Below are positions 58,701-64,000 of a stretch of DNA of 64,000 nt, piece by piece. Position 1 is the first letter of the stretch; every line of letters starts with the position of its first letter. The DNA lies in IMG/VR virus record IMGVR_UViG_3300043446_003193, positions 124,001 through 188,000 of that record; one strand, 5' to 3'. The notes below the pieces were generated by a model. The model was not told the DNA's origin, made no database searches, and saw only the letters and a list, made by a program, of their open reading frames with translations. Both the position numbers and the translations under genes were made by a program.

Positions 58701-58914
58701 CCGTAAATAACCAACTAATCTCTCTAACTAATTCAGGAGACATTTCCAATTTAGCATGAGCAATATCACCTGCTAAATAAATGATTGCATTTTCCGTTCC
58801 TCTATTACGGATTTCCTCAAACATTTTTTCAAATACTTGTCTATACTCTTTGTGTCGTTTCACGTTACGGATATGTACGTCCGCAATATGGTAAATTGTT
58901 TTTAATTTACTCAT
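55768..58914 (-). CDS. Fused SbcD/Mre11 (gp47) - SbcC/Rad50 (gp46) recombination nuclease
   Basis: Phosphoesterase motifs ADVH, GDIAH, GNHD, GDIH; Walker A NASGKSS, Zn hook CEFC, signature SGME, Walker B IDEGFG, ISH. Confidence 0.92.
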   Translation of the reverse strand: MSKLKTIYHIADVHIRNVKRHKEYRQVFEKMFEEIRNRGTENAIIYLAGDIAHAKLEMSPELVREISWLFTECAKLAPTILITGNHDCNMNNLDRIDVLTPIVEALNLDNFYYLRDTQVWKYGDTAFAVYSIFDNKDNWPKAEDIDAKTKIALFHGPVDNSITDVGYVVSSRHFTTDIFDGYDLALLGDIHKRQEMISPAGCKVVYAGSLVQQNFGETLDKHGFLVWDMDTLTYESVDLPNDYGYYTLDVDNGVVPVVNNMPKNARLRVRLSNTDTADTKKVLTEIKMRYGLEDFTIIRTDSLSKLKTGNRQNKLDFEDITDVNHQNSLIHDYVKRMMPFVTDKDLSELETINRDINSRIVLDDVARNIQWKPIKFEFSNMFSYGEDNVIDFSKLNGLMGLFAPNASGKSSLFDSISFCLYDKSSRAFKAANIMNNRKTDFKCKLEFDINGERYFIERTAKTINKGKNVKVDVEFYKMDGDERTSLNGTERRDTNTIIEQYVGKYEDFVLTALSLQGNNALFIDKSQSERKDLLAQFMGLNIFDKLFDTAVEDIREVSVLIKNFKKTDFTTELANKGIEIKYKKGELKELQQQLNSEAKIKESIENEVLGLTRQLAPIDSNLDLPTLEDKRKLITKQIEDLETEYTNTETKIENHTNTLNELSQSIEDKKSFGGVDIETAYSNYQKEQKALTEATKTYDIAKVHVSSAEETIAHLNNHKYDPNCEFCCDNTFVKDAMRVKELLPQLKEEFREALVNCTGIQQTLDTMEGVEEQYNELQEIKTRYSRIKVILEKAEMEYKGLETKEELLQTQLDKVEEDIEKYYENEDTIETNKQLEKQIKEKEILKSEVDKVIKQINKDITSVNGSISQLQSFIDGIKAKMDEVKDLEEKNRLYTYYLDAVKRDGIPYELISKALPVIQTEVNNILGQVVDFGVVMEVDGKNINAKIVYEDQEWALEMCSGMEKFISGLAIRVALINICGLPRPNFLVIDEGFGTLDSDNLSSLFGMMQYLKTQFDFIWVISHLDAMRDIVDGLIEIKKENGFSKIDF

Positions 58915-59870
58915 AAACTATTTATTTTATTTAACAATAATTCTTCCGAAGTAAATTCTTTAGTTTTCTTTAGTTCTTCGTAGAATTTTTCATACCCCAT
59001 ATCGGCGGCATCTTTATCTTTTAAATACATCATTTTAACCTGTATTCCATTCTTTCTAAAATACTCTGCTGCTTTCAATGCCTCACTTATCGCATCGTTA
59101 TCTAATGAAATAATGATATCACTAACACCACTCATAAAGATTTTCTCAACTAATGATTTTGAAGGAAACTTACCTAATAGTGGAATGGCATTTCTTTTAA
59201 TTGTAATTGCATCAAATACACCCTCACAAAGTATAATTGGTTCATTCCAATTTACCTGAGAATCAAAACAAATTATATTTTTACTAATTGGTGGGTTTTT
59301 ATATTTCATCTTCTCTTCTGGATAATAAGAACGAGAAACAAAATAATTTAATGAACCATCGGAATTATAAGAAGGTATAATAACCCTTCTAGCGTATAAT
59401 CCTTCCATACAATATCCTATATTATATTTTATAATATCTTTTTCAGTAATACCCCTTTCAGTAAGATAATGCATGGCATGTTTATATTCAGGATTAAACC
59501 CTTTAGGAACCTCATTAAGAGGTTTAAATTCTTTTGGTAGGGAAATGAACACCTTTGTATCGGCATCCTCTAATTGTGGGTTATATTGAGAATCTCCATA
59601 TATTTCTCTAATAATAGAAATAGTCTTTCTATCAACATCCAACTTTTTTAATAAGGATGTTAGTTTTTTACCACCACTATTACACGTCCAACAATGCCAC
59701 TTTTGAGTTTCGGTATTAACTTGTAACTTTTGTTTGTGGTGATTACAAAACGGGCAATAAAATGCCAATTCGTTACCCCTTAATACGGAATAACTACCCA
59801 ACGCATTAGATAGCGTGGTCGTAACTATATTTTTATCAGTTTGCTTCAACACAACTGTAATATACAACAA
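58911..59870 (-). CDS. DNA primase (Zn finger + TOPRIM)
   Basis: CPFC...HCWTC, ILCEGVFD, LDND, KD motifs; the true start may be the in-frame GTG at 59852. Confidence 0.9.
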   Translation of the reverse strand: MLYITVVLKQTDKNIVTTTLSNALGSYSVLRGNELAFYCPFCNHHKQKLQVNTETQKWHCWTCNSGGKKLTSLLKKLDVDRKTISIIREIYGDSQYNPQLEDADTKVFISLPKEFKPLNEVPKGFNPEYKHAMHYLTERGITEKDIIKYNIGYCMEGLYARRVIIPSYNSDGSLNYFVSRSYYPEEKMKYKNPPISKNIICFDSQVNWNEPIILCEGVFDAITIKRNAIPLLGKFPSKSLVEKIFMSGVSDIIISLDNDAISEALKAAEYFRKNGIQVKMMYLKDKDAADMGYEKFYEELKKTKEFTSEELLLNKINSL

Positions 59871-59888
59871 ATATTTGATATTACCAAA
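59857..59888 (-). promoter_or_regulatory. Bacteroidota-type promoter (variant) upstream of primase
   Basis: Minus strand TTTG-N20-TATATTAC; shares TTGGTAAT with the portal-upstream site. Confidence 0.5.
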
Positions 59889-59905
59889 TATTTACATAAG
59901 TATTT

Positions 59906-60319
59906 TTACTCAGAAAACCAAGAATCCGGTATTTCTTTATCTGCATACTTAAATCCGTGTTTATCACACCAATCTCCGTATGTAGTTTTGGATTTTTTGT
60001 TGATTTTATTCTTAGAATTGGAAAATACGAATCGTATATCTAAATTAGGATTTTGTTCCTTTACCAGTAAGTGTTTCTTACGGTCTGCAATTACAAACCT
60101 ACCCTTTGTTTCTACTCTTATCCCGTTTGGTAACTTAAAATCAGGATTGTAAGTATGTTCAGAAGCAGGTATAGTATAAGATACTTTTTCGGATTCATAT
60201 TGAACCTCAATACCCCTAGCTGAAATTTGATTAGAAATGTTTTCTTCAAGACCTGACTTAAACCCATACTTTTTTGCAACCCATTTAGGATTGTTCTTTT
60301 TTGTAACTTTTTTAGCCAT
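59906..60319 (-). CDS. T7 endonuclease I-like Holliday junction resolvase
   Basis: FKSGLEE...YE...Y.PDF.LPNGI.VETKGRF...DRKKH. Confidence 0.9.
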   Translation of the reverse strand: MAKKVTKKNNPKWVAKKYGFKSGLEENISNQISARGIEVQYESEKVSYTIPASEHTYNPDFKLPNGIRVETKGRFVIADRKKHLLVKEQNPNLDIRFVFSNSKNKINKKSKTTYGDWCDKHGFKYADKEIPDSWFSE

Positions 60320-60324
60320 TAAGT

Positions 60325-60537
60325 TTATTTAGTTTTTAATGTGTCTGAGTATTTTTTCTCATTCACTTCTCCACCTCTACCTGTTTTAAATTTAGCCGCA
60401 GTTAATACTTGCTCATCTGCTTTTTTCAAATCATTTGTAGTATATGGAGTTTTTGCTGCAACACCAGCGTCAAATCCAATTTTATCAACACCTAATGCTG
60501 ATTGTTGTGCTTTGTATGTATCTAATATTGTTGCCAT
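60325..60537 (-). CDS. Hypothetical protein
   Basis: 70 aa with an upstream ATATTTATA motif. Confidence 0.65.
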   Translation of the reverse strand: MATILDTYKAQQSALGVDKIGFDAGVAAKTPYTTNDLKKADEQVLTAAKFKTGRGGEVNEKKYSDTLKTK

Positions 60538-60554
60538 CTGTTTTGTATTTTAAA

Positions 60555-60563
60555 TATAAATAT
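60555..60563 (-). promoter_or_regulatory. Putative late promoter motif ATATTTATA
   Basis: Upstream of 60537. Confidence 0.65.
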
Positions 60564-60567
60564 AAGA

Positions 60568-61521
60568 TTATGTGTCAAATCGTACAATAAAATTAACTGT
60601 CAAATCATGTTCTGACTTTATTGGTTGTGGTAATTTTGCAACCGCCAATAAATCACAGTTATCATCATACAATCCAATTGTTGTAATAAATGGTGCTAAA
60701 AAAGAGCCAGTTGAATCTACCGAACTACTAACATCCCAATGATCAAACCCACCTGATATAGCGGAATTTACAGATGAACCAAATCTATAATCTAATATAT
60801 CACCATTTTCTAATACTGATTTTTTACGAATGTATTTTGCGGGTTGGGTTGTATATAATTTTTGTATTTTATTATCTGCTGTGTTTAATTCATATTCTCC
60901 ACCAACACTAACTATTGCAGTTGGATTTGTTGAAACATTGAATTCATCTTGCTCACAAATCAAAAGATATTCGTGCTCATAAATTGTTTCGGTAGATTTA
61001 TATTGTATATCCCATGTACCACCTAATTTTGAATTAGAACCACTTGTAATTACAACCAATCCTTGATTGTAAAATACATTTCCAATTCTATGATTACTTC
61101 CGCTCAATACTAAATTACTATACTTATCATCTACATAGTAAGTTCCACCATCATTTAATAAAACCGAACCCTTTTTTATTCCATCACCAATACAATTTTG
61201 TGGTATTGATATTACTTTTGCTGAACCACTTAAAAATCTTTCTGGATTTGTTTCATCATATACATTTGTTTTACTACCTAATCTATAAAATGGGTCATTT
61301 TCTTTTCCATTATAAAATTGGGCTCTAAGCTGTCCAAATACAGAATATTTGTTATATATTGACCCACTTAATAATCCGGTAGTAATTGTATTTGCATCAT
61401 TAGATGTATAGTTACCATCTACTGCTTCCAATAGTGTAACTCCTGCTGATGTTTTATCCCATTCTTTATAAGCTTTGAATGGTCTAATACTAATATCTGA
61501 TTTAGGTATTCTTTTTAACAT
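60568..61521 (-). CDS. Baseplate/tail structural protein
   Basis: Ends PFITTIGLYDD...LLAVAKL..PI; paralogous to 61595..62818. Confidence 0.6.
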   Translation of the reverse strand: MLKRIPKSDISIRPFKAYKEWDKTSAGVTLLEAVDGNYTSNDANTITTGLLSGSIYNKYSVFGQLRAQFYNGKENDPFYRLGSKTNVYDETNPERFLSGSAKVISIPQNCIGDGIKKGSVLLNDGGTYYVDDKYSNLVLSGSNHRIGNVFYNQGLVVITSGSNSKLGGTWDIQYKSTETIYEHEYLLICEQDEFNVSTNPTAIVSVGGEYELNTADNKIQKLYTTQPAKYIRKKSVLENGDILDYRFGSSVNSAISGGFDHWDVSSSVDSTGSFLAPFITTIGLYDDNCDLLAVAKLPQPIKSEHDLTVNFIVRFDT

Positions 61522-61527
61522 ATCGTA

Positions 61528-61536
61528 TATAAATAT
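61528..61536 (-). promoter_or_regulatory. Putative late promoter motif ATATTTATA
   Basis: After a terminator, 6 nt before ATG 61521. Confidence 0.65.
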
Positions 61537-61545
61537 CTCAAAACT

Positions 61546-61570
61546 AAAAACCCACCAAATTAAGGTGGGT
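61546..61570 (-). terminator. Intrinsic terminator
   Basis: Minus strand ACCCACC-TTAATTT-GGTGGGTTTTT. Confidence 0.8.
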
Positions 61571-61594
61571 CATAGTTTTTATTTTATTCTCCGA

Positions 61595-62818
61595 TTAGAA
61601 GTCTAATTTAACTTTGATTGCAATCTCTTTATCAAAAGATTTTTCAATTGGTTTTGAAGTTTTAGCTACTGCTAATAATTCATTTGCGTCATCATACAAT
61701 CCAACAGTTGTAATGAAAACCTTAGGGTCTTTTTCAAATGTTGATTGAACGAATTGTCCAACTGAACCAGTTACGAATGTTGGGTTATTTGAGAAGTTAA
61801 ATTCTCTATTGTTTGCTCTTACGAAATAATGAGAGGTTGAAACATTCTCAGTTCTACGAGCTTGGAAATCTGCACCTAAATTAATTGCTTTAAATAAATT
61901 GATAGAACCAGTTAAGTTGTGATAAACACCACTTTGAGAACTAGTTGCACCCGCTAAATTACCACCAACACTTGCACTTATTGCAGATGGGTTTAATAAG
62001 ATAACACCCATATCAGGATAGAATAAACCATATCCTTTACCATTTGATGCTGTGTATGTACTAATAGATGATGTTAAAGCAGAACCAATGTTTAATGAAC
62101 CACTAACAATATTATAAACTCTACCTGCAGTTGTTACATTCTCATCTGTACCACCACTATCATCAATTAATGTAATTAAACCAACTGAACCAGAAAGTTT
62201 CAATGAGAAGTTTCCTGGGTCCAATCTTTCTTTATATCTTGCTCTATTTACATTAATTGCGTAGAAATTAGTTAAATCGTGTCCAGCTGCAGTTGAACCA
62301 CTATATACACTAAAGTACGGGTCAGCAGAATCTAATAATACATTTCTAAATTGGTTATAAACCGCTTTAGTAGGCATTGTAGATGAATCATCTTGTGTTA
62401 ATGTTGGTGCACCATATCCATCAACATCACCATACGCAATTGAGAATTGAACCTCTGCTGTATCTGATGATGGAGTTGCGTTATAAACATCAATATAGTA
62501 CTTACCACTTGCATCTGCAACTTGTGTTGAAGATGTATAGGCAACTGTCAATGAACCGGTATCACCACTCCATATACCAGAAGTTACTATTTCTGTTTTG
62601 TTAGTTACTTTATCAATTGCACCAAATTTTTTATAAATACCATTTGAAATAGTATTTGTATCTGCACTAATTTGTTCTCCTTGTCCTAAAAATGTGTTTA
62701 CGATTCTAACTAATTCGTTAGTATCTACCGGAGTACCTGTTGTATTTGCAGCAGTCGCTAAGTACTGTGATAAGTTACTTGCTAAAAGGGCTCCTCTATT
62801 GTCTCTTATTAATGCCAT
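61595..62818 (-). CDS. Baseplate/tail structural protein
   Basis: EFNFSNNPT...VFITTVGLYDDANELLAVAK.SKPI.K C-terminal domain. Confidence 0.6.
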   Translation of the reverse strand: MALIRDNRGALLASNLSQYLATAANTTGTPVDTNELVRIVNTFLGQGEQISADTNTISNGIYKKFGAIDKVTNKTEIVTSGIWSGDTGSLTVAYTSSTQVADASGKYYIDVYNATPSSDTAEVQFSIAYGDVDGYGAPTLTQDDSSTMPTKAVYNQFRNVLLDSADPYFSVYSGSTAAGHDLTNFYAINVNRARYKERLDPGNFSLKLSGSVGLITLIDDSGGTDENVTTAGRVYNIVSGSLNIGSALTSSISTYTASNGKGYGLFYPDMGVILLNPSAISASVGGNLAGATSSQSGVYHNLTGSINLFKAINLGADFQARRTENVSTSHYFVRANNREFNFSNNPTFVTGSVGQFVQSTFEKDPKVFITTVGLYDDANELLAVAKTSKPIEKSFDKEIAIKVKLDF

Positions 62819-62826
62819 AGTTTATA

Positions 62827-63450
62827 TTATTGAACGTAAGTTACTGTTACTGGAATAGTTTGTGAACCACCCGTTTCATTACCATAAACTGTGATTGTAG
62901 TTTTGATAGTAGATGTTAATGAACGGTTAGGAATAAATTTGAAAGATAAACCTTTAGCGATAGCTGCTGTTGCAGATACATCATCACCAATGAATACTGG
63001 TACTGAACCTACGTCAGATGTTACACCTTCACCTACAATATCACCTGCGTTTTTATTTGCCAATAGAATTGTATATCCTAAACTTCTATTTCCCGCTGGA
63101 GATGTAGTTGGTGATAAAGCAACTTCACCACTTCTTTGATTTACTGAAATATTAGGAACACCAAATTCAACAACAGGAATTCTAGTTGTGCTTTTTGGTA
63201 ATGTTACTAATTTGTATTTCATTACTTGAGTTTCATCTGGATTAGCTTCCAACACTGGCATATTTTTAATTGCCGCGTCGTAATATGCAGAACCCAATGG
63301 ATGAGCTGGCTCATATAAACTGTAATCAATTTCATCATCTGCTAAAGCAAATTGAGTGATGTTAATTCCTCCACCTGCTGCTAATTTCTCTCTACCTTTT
63401 TTGGTAAGAATAGCATCTACTGTTAATTCGGTGTTACTTAAATATCCCAT
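62827..63450 (-). CDS. Baseplate wedge-like structural protein
   Basis: DAILTKKGRE.LA...ITQFALADDEIDY N-terminus typical of baseplate/collar-like proteins. Confidence 0.55.
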   Translation of the reverse strand: MGYLSNTELTVDAILTKKGREKLAAGGGINITQFALADDEIDYSLYEPAHPLGSAYYDAAIKNMPVLEANPDETQVMKYKLVTLPKSTTRIPVVEFGVPNISVNQRSGEVALSPTTSPAGNRSLGYTILLANKNAGDIVGEGVTSDVGSVPVFIGDDVSATAAIAKGLSFKFIPNRSLTSTIKTTITVYGNETGGSQTIPVTVTYVQ

Positions 63451-63471
63451 AGTATTGTATTAATCGTTTGA

Positions 63472-63480
63472 TATAAATAT
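63472..63480 (-). promoter_or_regulatory. Putative late promoter motif ATATTTATA
   Basis: Upstream of 63450. Confidence 0.65.
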
Positions 63481-63498
63481 AATAATTTTCAAATTCCG

Positions 63499-64000
63499 TT
63501 ATTCTACTTCCAAAATTGGTTCACTTGCATCTCTACCTGCCTTATTAACTCTCAATGTATTAGGATTAGTAGTAAATACTTCTACTGGAGGAGTACCGTC
63601 TAATGTAGTCGCTGCAGTATTTTTGGAACCTCTAAAGAAAGAATTTTCTAATCCTCTTGTTAAATCGGAAGTATTTCTAAAGTGAGTAGGTAAGTATCCA
63701 TTTAATGGAGTTACACTAACAATACTTCCAGTTCCTGCATTTATAGTTTTTGAACCAGAAAATGGTTGTACATTTAAATATGTTTCATAATATACAGAAG
63801 ATGTTAGTTCAACTCCACCTCTTTCATCTCCCTTACCATTAACAACCACTTTATATTTAACAATATCTCTTCTTTTTTGTTCTTTAATTAAATCAACTTT
63901 GATTCTTTCTTTTACCGTTCTATTATTTTCATCAATATATGTTCTAATAGCATATCCGTTTTGTGCATATATTCCGAATCCAATTGTTTCATAATCAGTT
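63499..64000 (-). CDS. Structural protein, 5'-truncated at the right window edge
   Basis: The frame of the tracked 116-aa ORF stays open to 63999 (TDYETIGFGIYAQNGY...). Confidence 0.75.
   Translation of the reverse strand, partial: TDYETIGFGIYAQNGYAIRTYIDENNRTVKERIKVDLIKEQKRRDIVKYKVVVNGKGDERGGVELTSSVYYETYLNVQPFSGSKTINAGTGSIVSVTPLNGYLPTHFRNTSDLTRGLENSFFRGSKNTAATTLDGTPPVEVFTTNPNTLRVNKAGRDASEPILEVE

Noticed and set aside
61539-61550. Further copy of the AGAAAACTAA operator (CAAAACTAAAAA)
   Set aside because: Single partial match overlapping a terminator U tract in an A-rich background.
611-63139. Many plus-strand ORFs and short nested minus-strand ORFs in the track
   Set aside because: They are antisense or out-of-frame shadows of long minus-strand genes with no recognisable motifs. 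Only 55602..55787 is mostly outside other genes and has its own upstream motif.
1-64000. Stop-codon reassignment, common in some Bacteroidota phages
   Set aside because: Genes are long and unbroken in the standard code. The stops I checked are TAA, with TGA in ATGA overlaps (29789, 58911). TAG avoidance alone is not evidence of recoding.
1-64000. Prophage or host chromosome boundary
   Set aside because: No integrase, att-like junction or cellular housekeeping block; bS21 is embedded in phage head genes.

Overview
AT-rich (roughly 30% GC by eye), gene-dense segment of a large T4-like tailed phage. It holds the virion morphogenesis region, almost entirely on the minus strand. In transcription order (right to left): baseplate/tail-type genes; a T7-endonuclease-I-like resolvase; DNA primase; a fused SbcD-SbcC (gp47-gp46) nuclease/ATPase; a small divergent regulator; two giant self-cleaving tail proteins (peptidase S74 and Hint C-termini); a GT7 glycosyltransferase with an inserted LamG domain; a 1361-aa multi-enzyme protein; terminase large subunit; portal; small internal-head proteins; prohead protease; ribosomal protein bS21 (missed by the ORF track); scaffold; major capsid protein; neck proteins; and about 22 kb of paralogous fibre genes. 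The host is most likely Bacteroidota: the bS21 is Bacteroidota-type and there are TTG-N20-TAnnTTTG-type promoters. The most interesting unexplained signals are: (1) a [ST]-[GAS]-S tripeptide saturating predicted exterior virion proteins next to a phage GT7 (candidate virion glycosylation sequon system); (2) an abrupt Ser/Thr-to-Cys switch in the distal parts of two fibres; (3) polyproteins of small modules separated by prohead-protease-like Glu sites; (4) a sense-strand ATATTTATA motif, the reverse complement of the T4 late promoter; (5) a phased AGAAAACTAA operator shared by the small regulator gene and the capsid operon. Family assignments come from motif recognition only; no searches were run.
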